A DNA stretch of 63,929 nt, the filler included, from Octopus bimaculoides (lineage: Eukaryota): the NCBI RefSeq assembly GCF_001194135.2. It is 5 parts of 5 records of this genome, joined end to end, with 100 filler letters (N's around TTAATTAATTAA, not from the genome) between each part and the next. Parts side by side here need not be neighbours in the genome. Positions count along the whole stretch, not along the records: positions 1 to 26,900 come from NC_068992.1; 4 more parts are not named here. One strand, given 5' to 3'. Every line of letters begins with the position of its first letter. Position 1 is the first letter of the stretch. The notes beneath the pieces are model-generated. The model ran no database searches, was not told the origin of the DNA, and saw nothing but the letters and a program-made list of their open reading frames with translations. Below are positions 1 through 11,390 of the stretch, in pieces. The translations under genes and the position numbers were made by a program.

Positions 1-1
1 A

Positions 2-631
2 TCCAGGGATCCCGGGGATTCCAGCCTTTTGAACAGACTCATCAACATACCCGTTATTTTGTAAATATGTTACTGTTCTCCTGGAAAGAATTCCCATAAA
101 GATCTTGCATTCCACATTCAATAAGGATATCGGCCTATACTGTTTTAAAGTCTTTGCATTGGCCTCTTTCGGCAGGTATATGCCTTCTACCTTACACCAG
201 TCTTCTACTAGAGTCTCTTCGCGCCACAGTTGTCGAAGTAGGACAAAGAGCTTCTTTCGCAGACGATTGCAATATTTATAGACTTTATATGAGACGCCAT
301 CACCTCCTAGGGCACTCTTTGCTCTCGCTTTTCTTACGAAATCATTCACCTCTCTCTCCGTGATGTCCCCAATTTGGAATTTGATATCAGGTTCTGAGAG
401 ATGATTTAGCCCATGTAAAGGTGGCAGTGGCTGGTTACGGTGCGGATCGCTGTATGTTTCTTTGACATGAACGTCCAGTTCTTCTTTCGTGCACGATAAA
501 GTGCCACGCTTTGGTTCAGCGAACAGTTTCTTAGTAAACCCGTACGGGTCCTTCAGAAACTGTCCCCGAGTCCTTTTACTCTCCTTTCGACGCTCATATC
601 GCTCGTATTTATTGGATTTGTATCTCAATGG
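2..631 (-). mobile_element. Hero-like (R2-superfamily, RLE-type) non-LTR retrotransposon, N-terminal part of the RT region; frame open and running off the window start
   Basis: Manual translation gives 210 stop-free codons: ...RRKESKRTRGQFLKDPYGFTKKLF...KARAKSALGGDGVSYKVYKYC...WCKVEGIYLPKE...QYRPISLLNVECKIF...NNGYVDESVQKAGIPGIPG. These are the non-LTR RT domain 0-2 motifs. The clade call rests on recalled Hero-type motifs (PYKVYK, QKGGIPG). Confidence 0.88.
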
Positions 632-1081
632 CTATTTAATTATATTTTGTTAATAGGATTCTTAAATGCAATATCATGTTCATTTAATTTCTTCTAAATA
701 ACTTCCATCTGCCATATTTTTTTTAATAAATGTTTGTTATTATATATTTTTGTTATTTTTAGTAGCAAATATGCCATCTTAATTACAACTGATTCTACTA
801 TGTTTAACAGCATTAGGCAATAAGAGTTGATATGTCATTTTAACAGATTAGGATGCAATTGATTCCAAACACTCAGATTCACATTACTGGTTGCCAACTG
901 TTGCAAGACATTAATAAATGGATGTAAAAATGGATTTAACATTCATTTTATTAATTAATGTATTACAATATGAGAGGGCAATATGGCTAACTTGTGCTTG
1001 ATGCAGTCCCTGAGATGGAAAACAGATGAAAATGAAATCTTCTTCAGCATAAAATGAAATGCTAGTATCTCTTTATCGTCA

Positions 1082-1295
1082 TTTTACTTGTTTCAGTCAT
1101 CAGACTGTGGTTATGTTGTGGCACTGACATGAAGAGTCTAGTTGAACAAATCAAAAACAGGATCTATTCTATTAGTCTCTTGTCAAGCAGTGGCAAGGAA
1201 GACACACATACATACATACTTACACAAACACATACATAATGGGCTTCCATGGAGTTTCCATCTACCACATCCACTTACAAGGCATTGGCTGACAT
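1082..1295 (-). mobile_element. Degenerate tRNA-type SINE, family A
   Basis: TTTTACTTGTTTCAGTCAT tail and GTTTCCATCTACCACATCCACTTACAAGGCATTGG core match the reverse complement of the copy at 2569-2956. Confidence 0.65.
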
Positions 1296-2162
1296 TTTCC
1301 CTAATTTCAAGGCTTGGTTTGAAAGTGTGCAAAAAACCCCACAAAATAGACTGTAACTGTAATTAAGTAGTCCAACCAAGTCACACTATTATACGGATTC
1401 TACTTGAAATTTATGCTAAGAGTAAACATGTCAGTGAAATAAGCAATTACTTCTCATAATGATACAATGGGAAGGTCATTGGGGGATTAAGACAACTAGT
1501 TGCTGATGAGGGTGTCCATTCTATTTATGTATGTGTGCACGCATGCGCATGCGTGTGTGTGATAATATAATCTAGTGGTCCTGCTGTCTGGAAAGAGTGA
1601 GGAGCCAAAAGAGGAGAAAATGGTTAAAGCAGCAGAAAAGTAATATAGTATGCATGCATGAACACAGTGGAAAATTTGTGTGAATACATGCATGAATACA
1701 GTGGAAAAATGCGAGCATAAAAAGTCATATTCTTAAGATTATAAACCTGAAAAATATCGATTTTTTTTTTAGTGAAAATCGTGCGAGTGTTAATATAGAA
1801 ATTGACCATAATGTTGTTGTTATTTAGCCTCAAATCAACCTTGATTCTGCAAACGTATTATCAAAGACATCCCAGCCTTCAGTAAACCGTCTTTTTTTGG
1901 ATAATCTAGGACATTACTTACAATGGGCGTGTGATTTAGGTAGGGGGATACTTTGGCTGCTATTTTTAGCGTGTCGAGCGGCCGGGTAGAGACTCTTTCA
2001 TTGGTTCGATTGCGTGATGAAATTTTTTTTTTACACATATATGTAATATGTATATCATCAGCAGAAGTTAGAGAGTAAATTAAAAGCTAAGAGTTTCGTG
2101 TATTGGCACTTATCAGACACGAATTTGTCCATTGTCACTCTGTAACTGCTGACGAAATAACT

Positions 2163-2565
2163 TCTAAGATACAAAATTTTGTCAAAAACGTTAAGAGTAA
2201 ACCCTGTCCTATGTGACACATTCTACCAGTATCGGAAGTTTGAAAGTGTTTATNNNNNNNNNNGTTAAGAGTAAACCCTGTCCTATGTGACACATTCTAC
2301 CAGTATCGGAAGTTTGAAAGTGTTTATTTAAAAAAAAAATGAATTCAATAATCTGTAAGTCTAATTGAATAGATCCGAAATGGATGAAAGGCAAAGTCGA
2401 CCTCGGCGGAATTTGAACTCAGAACGTAAAGACACGCAAAATACATCTAAAATACAAAATTTTGTCAAAGCATTAAGAATAAACCCTGCTCTATGTGACA
2501 CATTCTACTAGTATCAGAAGTTTGAAAGTGTTTAGTTTAAAAAATTAATTAAATAATCTGTACGT
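2163..2565. repeat. Diverged direct repeats of a ~120-bp module, separated by a SINE-B fragment
   Basis: TCTAA(G/A)ATACAAAATTTTGTCAAA...TGACACATTCTAC(C/T)AGTATC(G/A)GAAGTTTGAAAGTGTTT occurs at ~2163 and ~2447. The same core recurs near the ends of the MITE at 3812-4541. Confidence 0.7.
2372..2440 (-). mobile_element. SINE family B fragment
   Basis: GGATGAAAGGCAAAGTCGACCTCGGCGGAATTTGAACTCAGAACGTAAAGAC, shared with copies at 29.9, 46.0-46.6 and 47.5 kb. Confidence 0.8.
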
Positions 2566-2568
2566 ATA

Positions 2569-2956
2569 GGCGATGTGGTAAGTAGCTTGCTTACCATCCA
2601 CATGGTTCCGGGTTCAGTCCCACTGCGTGGCACCTTGGGCAAGTGTCTTCTACTATAGCCTCGGGCCGACCAAAGCCTTGTGAGTGGATTTGGTAGACGG
2701 AAACTGAAAGAAGCCTGTCGTATATATGTATATGTATATATACATGTGGGTTTGTGTGTCTGTGTTTGTCCCCCCCAACATCGCTTGACAACGGATGCTG
2801 GTGTGTTTACGTCCCCGTAACTTAGCGGTTCGGCAAAAGAACCGATAGAATAAGTACTACGCTTCCAAAGAATAAGTCCTGGGGTCGATTTGCTCGACTA
2901 AAGGCGGTGCTCCAGCATGGCCGCAGTCAAATGACTGAAACAAGTAAAAAAGAGAA
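2569..2956 (+). mobile_element. Near full-length tRNA-derived SINE, family A
   Basis: tRNA-like head (TGTGGTAAGTAGCTTGC...GGTTCAGTCCC B-box), conserved core, internal (TA/TG)n and tail GACTGAAACAAGTAAAA. At least 8 partial copies occur in the window. Confidence 0.88.
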
Positions 2957-2960
2957 TAAG

Positions 2961-3066
2961 AGTCAAAGTCGACCTCGGCGAAATTTGAACTCAAAACATA
3001 AAGACAGACGATATACGGTTAAGCATTTCGCCCAGCGAGCCAATGTTTCTACCAGGTCACCGCCTT
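2961..3066 (-). mobile_element. SINE family B, 5' half
   Basis: AAAGTCGACCTCGGCGAAATTTGAACTC...AAGCATTTCGCCCAGCG...CACCGCC. Confidence 0.78.
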
Positions 3067-3496
3067 ACAATGTGAATGTTCATTTTAGAAATATATTCTT
3101 TGTTATTTCTTAAGCGTTACTTCTTACTTACTGGCATTAATTTTTGTAACATTTTACCTCATAACTGTTTTTCTACTAATTTTTGTTCAGTGCGACTAAC
3201 GATTCTGAATTCCTCATGTATTTTTCTATCATTTAAGCATAAGAAAAGTATACTTTTAATTTTGAATTAAAAAAATTATGTTAATTGAAGATGAATATCT
3301 GCCTTACTGCTCACTTGAGGGCTGACATATTTTGATGTAGCTTTTTTTCTACTGAACCAAATCTCAAACTATTTATGCCAAAGTGTAGCTGAGTAGGTGT
3401 CCTCTTTAAAACTATTACCAGTTTGAAATTTAGTTGAGAACTGAATGCGATTGACGAAATGGTCGCCTTAAGAATATATTGTGGTTGAATGATAAT

Positions 3497-3606
3497 CTTT
3501 TATTTGTTTCAGTCGTTTGACTGCGGCCATGCAGGAGCACCGCCTTTAGTCGAACAAATCGACCTCAGGACTTATTCTTTGTAAGCCCAGTACTTATTAT
3601 ATCGGA
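3497..3606 (-). mobile_element. SINE family A, 3' part
   Basis: TTTTATTTGTTTCAGTCGTTTGACTGCGGCCATGCAGGAGCACCGCCTTTAGTCG is the reverse complement of 2880-2950. Confidence 0.8.
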
Positions 3607-3811
3607 ATATANNNNNNNNNNNNNNNNNNNNNNNNNNNNNNNNNNNNNNNNNNNNNNNNNNNNNNNNNNNNNNNNNNNNNNNNNNNNNNNNNNNNNNNNN
3701 NNNNNNNNNNNNNNNNNNNNNNNNNNNNNNNNNNNNNNNNNNNNNNNNNNNNNNNNNNNNNNNNNNNNNNNNNNATATACAACAATAATTACTATTACAG
3801 CATCAAATGCA

Positions 3812-4541
3812 GATCTTTCTCATTTGACGGGCAACACTTTTCATTTATGTTTTATGTAGTGTTTTTGGTACCGAAACACTTTCAAACTTCGTATAGTTGT
3901 ATATTTTGTGTTATAGAACAGATAAAAAATTTTGTATTCGAAGTTATTTCATGTAAAAAAATTTCGTATTTCGGTAATTTCAACCAATCACTGACGTCTA
4001 TTGAGGTGAAAACAATTATTGCCGGGGAATGTAAACAACATGTTCTAACGGTGTCATGGGATCTTGAATAAAATTAGTGCCGTAGTTTGTCAACAACAAC
4101 TATCAGCAGTACTGTTATTTATGACATCGTTCGTGCGTTTGTACTGGTTTTAGCTTTAGGGCTCGGGTTTTAGAGTTAGGGTTACGATTATTTTTGCCAT
4201 AACCTCACTCATAACCCTAACACCCTATAACTCATAACCCTAACCCCAACCCTAACCCCTTACTAGGGAATAATGATATAATTAAACAGGGAATAACACT
4301 CTTGACACCGGCAAAAATTATTGTTTACAAAAACAGCAGTAACTGTATTCAGCTGAATAGACGTCAGTGATTGGTTGAAATTACAGAAATACAACTTTAA
4401 CATGAAATAACTTATTAAGAATATTTTTTTATTAAGAAGGCTAAGAGAAAAAGATGTTTTATATGACACATTCTACCAGTATCCCAAGTTTGAAAGTGTT
4501 TCGTTAAGAAAACAAGTGGTGCCCGTCAAATCAGAAAGATC
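3812..4541. mobile_element. MITE / non-autonomous DNA transposon with long imperfect inverted arms, inserted into a Gypsy gag
   Basis: GATCTTTCTCATTTGACGGGCAACACTT at 3812 pairs with AAGTGGTGCCCGTCAAATCAGAAAGATC ending at 4541. Inner arm CAACCAATCACTGACGTCTATT (~3981) pairs with ~4355-4377. Confidence 0.82.
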
Positions 4542-6195
4542 CTCAAAGGATTGCTGCAATTAATGAATAGTAAGCCATCAGGAAATACTGAAAAAATGTT
4601 CTCGCCAGATTATGTTGCGAACTTGATAACAGAGTATAAGTACAAACCTGATGAAAGAGTTACCTTCGTGGCTTACTATAGAAGATATGAACTAATATTC
4701 AATAAAGAGTATAAACATTAGGACAATGATAAACGTGTTTAATCTTAAGAAAACTGGCAACAGGAGAACATGAGTATAACAGCAATTACATAGCCCTGAA
4801 AAAAAACTTTCTGACATAAACTTTAAAGATACAATAGACATACTGTGTGAAATTTTTAGTGAGAAAAGCTCGTTGTTCAATACGCGTTGGAAATGCTTGA
4901 ACCTAGAAAAGAACAACGAGGAGGACTGCATCGCATATGCTGGCAAAAAATGTGAAAAGATAAAGCTGGATGAATTAACGCCAGATATGTTCAAGTGCCG
5001 CAGGAACTAATTATAGAGAAAGACGCAGAAGAACAAGAATTCCCGCTAAGCTGGAACAAAACCAAGCTGTAACCTTACGAACAAGTATCAGAAGAGTGTG
5101 AAAGAATAGTAAATTTAAGACACGACACAGAGAAAACTGAACATAAAGATTGCTCCCAAGTGAAAGAAGTGCGAAATAGTCAGAATAGAAATCAAGTGTG
5201 TGGAGGTCTACACCTGAGAAAAACTCTCCATTTTAGAAAGTGGAATGTTTCCGCTGTGGAAAAATTTGACACATAAACACGCACTGTAAAACCAAGATGA
5301 CTAAATGCTGGAACAAAGAAAATGGTAATATAATAAAGAGAAGATTCGTAAATGTGAAAATTAAAAATATAAGAGTAAAAATGAAGTTAGACACTGGAAG
5401 TGGAAGTATATTGGTAAGCCGAAATTAAGCAAATCTACAAAAGTAGCATATGGTATTACGGGTAAGAGATTGTATTTTGTCGGTGAATTTGTGTGTAATA
5501 TAACAGTTCGTGACCATATGAAAACGGCAAAAATATATGTGCTAAAAAATTCAGTCAATCTATTCGGAACAGAGTGGATGGAACTATTCAAATTGTGGAA
5601 TACGCCCATAAGTGTTTTGTGTGAGAATAGAGTCAGTTCAGTCGAAGGTTCGAATGAGGCTGAGGGACAGAAAAAAAAAAAACATTTATTTCCAGATGTT
5701 TTCTCGGGGGAACTGGGCTGTTGCACAAAAACGAAGGCAAAAATTATAGTAAAACAAAGTGCAACACTTGTATTTAAGCCAAAACGGAATGTACCGTTCG
5801 CGGCAATAGAGCAGGTAAATAATGAACTTGAAAGACTTAGAAGCCTAGGAATAATCAAGAAGACGGACCACTCAGACTGGTTTACATAAAAAAGAAAAAT
5901 AAGTTAAAAGTNNNNNNNNNNNNNNNNNNNNNNNNNNNNNNNNNNNNNNNNNNNNNNNNNNNNNNNNNNNNNNNNNNNNNNNNNNNNNNNNNNNNNNNNN
6001 NNNNNNNNNNNNNTTCAAAATTGAATCAAGGGAAATTCTTCTCAAAATTAGATCTCTTGAAGGCATATCTACAAATCCAAGAAGAATAAGAATGCTCAGA
6101 TTTATTAACTACCAATACACACCATCGCTTATTTAATTTAAGCGGCTTCACTTCGGTGTAAAAGTGACTCCTTCCACATTTCAACGAATAATGGC
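4542..6195 (+). pseudogene. gag-pol: Decayed Gypsy/Ty3 LTR retrotransposon, Mag-like: gag, CCHC knuckle, aspartic protease and start of RT
   Basis: Frame-broken translation: FSPDYVANLITEYKYKPDE..TFVAYYRRYE; DILCEIFSEKSSLFNTRWKCLNL; ECFRCGKI*HINTHCK; VKMKLDTGS (5380-5400); PKRNVPFAAIEQVNNELERLRSLGIIKKTDHSDW; FSKLDLLKAYLQI; TPSTFQRIM. The gag N-terminus continues at 3790-3811, left of the MITE. Confidence 0.88.
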
Positions 6196-6489
6196 TGCAT
6201 ATATACAATATATATATATATATATACAATAATTTAGAGTTAATGTTTTAGCAAAGAAACTCCACTTTTGCTAATTCAATACCTCATATAAAACTGAATA
6301 TTTCAAATCCGCAAAGGCAGTTATTTCAGAATGTGTCTTTGGTAATTCTATAGTTTGTAATGGAATTAATTCAAAATAGTCAGGGTAATTTCTGAAAGAA
6401 ATAGAGAAGTAGACAGAGTAGTCGGACTATATCACTGAATATGGAGGTCGATATCTGAAGATGATGACAAAGAATTTACATGAGTGAGA

Positions 6490-6780
6490 GAACATCTGCC
6501 GTTGCATTCTGTGCACCAGAGATACGAATAATATCATTAGGTAAACTGCGAAATAAAATCTAGGTGACGAGTTTTGCGAGGCGAGTATCTCTCGGGCTTA
6601 GAACGAAGCGCGAAGGTAAGCGGACGATTATCGGTTGTAGATCGTAAATTGGCGACCTTCAAGTAAGTGTCGAAAGTGTCTAACTGCCACGTATATAGCC
6701 AAAATTTCACGGCTGAACGTGCTATAGCGGGTTTCAATGAGCTTAAACTGTCTCGAGCAGAAAGCAAGAAGTTGTACACA
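6490..6780 (-). pseudogene. pol: Gypsy RNase H fragment, inverted relative to the adjacent pol
   Basis: Translates ...LLAFCSRQFK..ETRYSTFSREILAIYVAVRHFRHLLEGRQFTI..DNRPLTFALRSKPERYSPRKTRHLDFISQFT; roughly 80% identical by eye to 8228-8505. Confidence 0.85.
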
Positions 6781-6849
6781 ATTCCAGGTCTAGCGAGCGA
6801 GAATGTAGGATTATGACGTGCTCAGTTCTCCAGCGAAGAGTTTCCCCTG

Positions 6850-8509
6850 TTTAGAAAATCGTGCATTTTTTGTTACAGATTCGTCTTCACATGCACTCTA
6901 TTTGATCGATACTGGGGCAGCTTGTAATATTTGGCCTTTGAAGCTTCTGGATCTGGACTTGCGTAGAGAGATTATGTAGATTTTCATCGGTGCGAATCTG
7001 ACATATCCTATCCTGGGTACCGATCTCTTACACCACTCCAATCTTCTTGTGGATATACGTGCACGTCATTTATTGGATGCAAACACGGATCTTTCCGTTT
7101 CTGGTCGTGGACCGTCGATTCCAGCAATCAGTCCAGTTTTCCTTATTGCGGCTTCTGATGACCTATACCAATCGCTTCTACATTGCTTTCCGGAATTAAC
7201 CAATTTGAACGTTGTAGGAGTGCTCCTACTTACTCTATCAAACTTTTTATTGAAACCAAGCGTGCTCCTGTCTTTTCCCCCCCTCATCCTCTCCATCAGG
7301 AGAAAGTGAAAGCAGCCAAGGCCGAGTTCAATCATATGTTACAATTGGGGATCATCCGCCCTTCTTCCAGTTAGTGGGCCTCTCCGTTACATATAGTTCC
7401 AAAATGCTCCAGAGATTGATGACCGACTGGAGTCTTTAGGCAATTGAATTCGATCACTGTGCTAGATCGATATCCGATCACTCACATCTAAAAGTTTGGT
7501 TTTTGTCTCCACGGATGTATCATCTTTTCGAAATTGGATTTCGTGAAAGCTTACCATCGAATACCGGTGAATCTTGTTGATATACCAAAGACTGCTGTGA
7601 CTACCTCTTTTGGGGAATTTGAATTTTTAAATATGCATTTCGGGTTACGAAATGCAGCAAGTACCTTCCAGCGTTCCATGAATGAGATCGTTCGTGATTT
7701 TGACTTTGTATACTCCTATGTTGACGACATTCTGTTTGCGAATGCTTCGCCAGAAGAACATATCACTCACCTCCGCCTGCCTTTTGAACGATTTAAGCAG
7801 TATCAAGTTCGCTTTAACCCGTGAAGTGTGTTTTTGATGCCTCTTCACTTGTCTTGGGCCACATCATCAGCGCTGACAAAATATCACCACTTCCGTATAA
7901 AGTGAAAGCTCTTCAGGATATTCCTCCACCTACTTCTTTGCGACAGCTTCGACAGTTGCTTGGTCTTCTTATTTATTATCGATGTTTTATTTCACATTGT
8001 GCGAACCTCCTGTCTCCTCTGTCCGGTCTCTTACGGAATAGAAAAAGGGAGGACAACACTATTTCTCTTGACCCAGTTCATCTTGAAGCATTCTCCAAAC
8101 TTAAAATGTTAAACAAGCGCTGGCTAAATCTTCTCTACTTACATATCTTGTGTATGATGCCCAGCTTTCGCTGGTCGTTGATGCATCAAATACAGTTTCA
8201 GTTTTGCAGCAACATCACCAGCAGCAAGTACAACCTCTTGCTTTCTTCTCGAGACAGCTTAAGCCCACCGAAACCCTCTATAGCATGTTCAGCCGTGAAC
8301 TTTTGGCTATATACCTGGCAGTTAGACACTTTCGGCACTCACTTGAAGGTTGCCAATTTACGATCCATACTAATCATCGTCTGCTTACTTTCACACTTCA
8401 TTCTAAGCCTAACAGCTACTCGCCTCACGAAACTTGTTACCAGGATTTTGTTTCACAGTTTACCAATAATATTTGTCATATCTCTGGTGCACAGAATGCA
8501 ATGGCAATG

Positions 8510-8605
<96 letters not shown>

Positions 8606-9960
8606 CTCTCATATAAATTCTTTGTCATCACCTACAGATATCGAGCTCCATCTTCTTTCTGCGGATCAGCCTTTCCTAGATTCGATCGATCTTGCATCAA
8701 CAGAATTTCCGAGGTGTAAATTTAAGTACTTGCTTGTGTCTATTTCTGATGCACAAATATTAATTGACGTCTCGGTGGATACACTTCGTCTTCTTGTTCC
8801 AGAGACTAGCCGTCAAACTGTTTTCCACACTCTGCATAGTGTCTCGCATCCCAGAGCTTCAGCCACAGTGAAACTCATTTCGGCTAAATTCTTCTGGCCG
8901 AATATGAGACGAGACATCACTGCTTGGTCTTGCCTTTTCTGTTTGAAATTGAAGGTGCATAAGCACATCTGTGCATCTCTTGGTATCTTCAACACACTGG
9001 ACGCTCATCTGAACCACATTCATATCGATTTTGTTGGATCTTGGCCGATTAGTCAAAGTTTTACGTATCTCCTTACGTGCATCGACCGCTTTACACATTC
9101 GCGGGAAGCCATCCCTTTATGTGATATTTCAGCAGAATCGGTAGTACGAGCCCTGATATCGGGTTGGATATCACACTACGGCGCACATACCACGATCACT
9201 ACTGACCGTGGTAAGCAATTCGAATTGCAGCTCTTCCATGAGCTTTCAAAAATTCTAGGTGCACGGGGCATTTGGACTACTAGTTACCACCCAGCTTCAA
9301 ATGGTATGGTGGAACGCTTCCACCGACAATTGAAGGCTGTGATGCATGCTTATCATGACCAACATCGATGGAGTGAGTATCTACACATTATTCTTCTGGG
9401 CTGCAGTCAAGGAGGATCTTGGATACTCTCCAGCGCAGCTACTTTACGAAGTACCGTTATCATTGATTGGTTAGATACAGGTCCCAGTGGACTTATCCTC
9501 CCAAGATCCTGCTCTCTACGTCAACATACTTCGGTCATATTTCTTCAATCTTCCGCCGATGACTTCTCGACAAGTGACTATTACATCTTCGGTCTCGAAG
9601 GATATTGCTCCTTGGACTCACGTATTTCTTTGCAATGACTTTGTGCACACGACCATACACAGGACCTTACTGTATCCTTTTCAACACAAATAAACTTTTC
9701 ACTATAAACATTAATGGGACAAAAGAAACTGACTCAATTGACAGAGTTAAACGGGCTTTTACAGACGCTCTTACACCAGAGTCACATACCCACCACACAT
9801 AACTGTTACTCACAGAACACATGCCATACCTTCGCGTTCACCATCTCCACAATTGCACACACCTTCCCCACCTACATTTATATACCTCACTACGATACAC
9901 AGTGGTCGTCGTGTACACTGGCCCACGAAGTTGTACAAGACTATATCTGAACTGGCAAAG
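6850..9960 (+). pseudogene. pol: Decayed Gypsy/Ty3 pol (protease-RT-RNase H-integrase) with multiple frameshifts and stops
   Basis: YLIDTGA protease (~6900); RT motifs DFVKAYHRIPV, TAVTTSFGEFEFLNMHFGLRNAASTFQR, YSYVDDILFA; RNase H VDASN..QPLAFFSRQLKPTETLYSMFSRELLAIYLAVRHF; integrase HSVSHP...WSCLFC, HIHIDFVG, TITTDRGKQFE, YHPASNGMVERFHRQLK; C-terminal SGRRVHWP (~9900). Confidence 0.93.
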
Positions 9961-11064
9961 TGTGAACTTGCCTCAGCATTGTCTTACCTTTTGTGAATGT
10001 TTTCATTTTGCTTTGCTGTGTTATTTTGTACCTCGCTGTATTACTTTGATTCTTTTTCAGCATTTTGACATTTTTTCCTTTTCCTTTCGATTTATGTGTT
10101 ACCTTCCAGAACGTTTTCTTCATTTTGTTGATCGCCCTTTTGGTTTAAGCAATGGTTCAGGTAGGAGCACCATTTCCCTTTGGTTGAATTGTTATCCGTC
10201 TATGTGTGATTTGGTTAGTGTAGCCAACCACTTTGCCTCACACATAGATACACATTGCCGCTTGTCATGAGATGCGGAAAAGTTTTTCATAAGTTCCACT
10301 CAGGCCTTAGGAGAAGTATGACATATTACGTCTCTGTCTGAACTCAACACCATGTGGAAGTATCTAATGGGGAAACATTCTAGAATTTAATACCGGATTA
10401 TGAGACTGTTCAAACATTTATCATGTTCCATGTTTTTCACATTACGAAGTAACTGTAAGTGTTATCTTTTGAATATGCTGCATACACCTTATTTGGATTT
10501 GTGACCTTATAACAAGGAGCCTGAACATTCCTTCTATTCACCCAGGACACTGTTATTCCCTATCTCTGAATGCTATGCACGGTATGCCGGCAAGCAGGCT
10601 TCATTTTAATTCTGTCACCAATTCCTTTTCCACTAAATTGTTATTGTTCTGTTAAACCTTCTGAACATTGTCCATTATTCACATCTACATGGAATTATAA
10701 TTATTGCATTACAAGATATTCTATTACCGCTGTTATAAAACTTCAGATGATATTTTAGTGCCTATCCGCTAAAACTGCATATAAAGTAAAGCACACAAAT
10801 GTAAAAATGTTTCACAATCAAGTACCAGTATTTAAATACACTTAACTTTCTACTAGTATTATAAACATATAAGTATTTAAATATATAGATAAATAAATGG
10901 ATTACTGAATGAATAACAATATGCAGTAAATCAACACCTAATTACATCAATAATAAATTATAATAAATTGGAAAAGTTAGAAAATAAATACAATTTGTGA
11001 GAAATATATTTGCAGACACACTCATTAACATGAGTAAACACTTAGATAGTAAGAGTAACTTTTT

Positions 11065-11276
11065 GTCTTTTACTTGTTTCAGTCATTTGACTGTGGCCAC
11101 GTTGGGGTAGCACCTTGAAGGGATTTTTTTTTTTTGTCAAACAAATCAACACCAGGACTTATTGTTTTAGCCTAGTACTTATTCTCTCTGTCTCATTTGC
11201 CAAACCACTAAGTTACAGGGACATAAACACACCAACACCTGTTGTCAAGTAATCATAGGAGACAGACACAAACACT

Positions 11277-11310
<34 letters not shown>

Positions 11311-11390
11311 GGGCTTCTTTCAATTTCCATCGACCAAATCCACTCACAAGGCTTTGGCCGGCACAAAGCTATAGTAGAAGTCACTTGGCC
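11065..11390 (-). mobile_element. SINE family A, body and tail
   Basis: Reverse complement of 2640-2950, including GGGCTTCTTTCAATTTCCATCGACCAAATCCACTCACAAGGCTTTGG and an internal (CA)n. Confidence 0.82.

Noticed and set aside
2190-2327. Perfect 64-bp direct repeat either side of a 10-N gap
   Set aside because: Typical unmerged contig overlap; likely an assembly artefact.
7821-9638. 605-aa ORF as an intact pol gene
   Set aside because: It drifts between true and shifted frames, includes a poly-SL stretch from the (CT)n tract, and RT/RNase H lie in other frames. It is a pseudogene.
9960-10330. Possible 3' LTR of the Gypsy element
   Set aside because: No matching 5' LTR, clear PPT or TG..CA boundaries could be defined.
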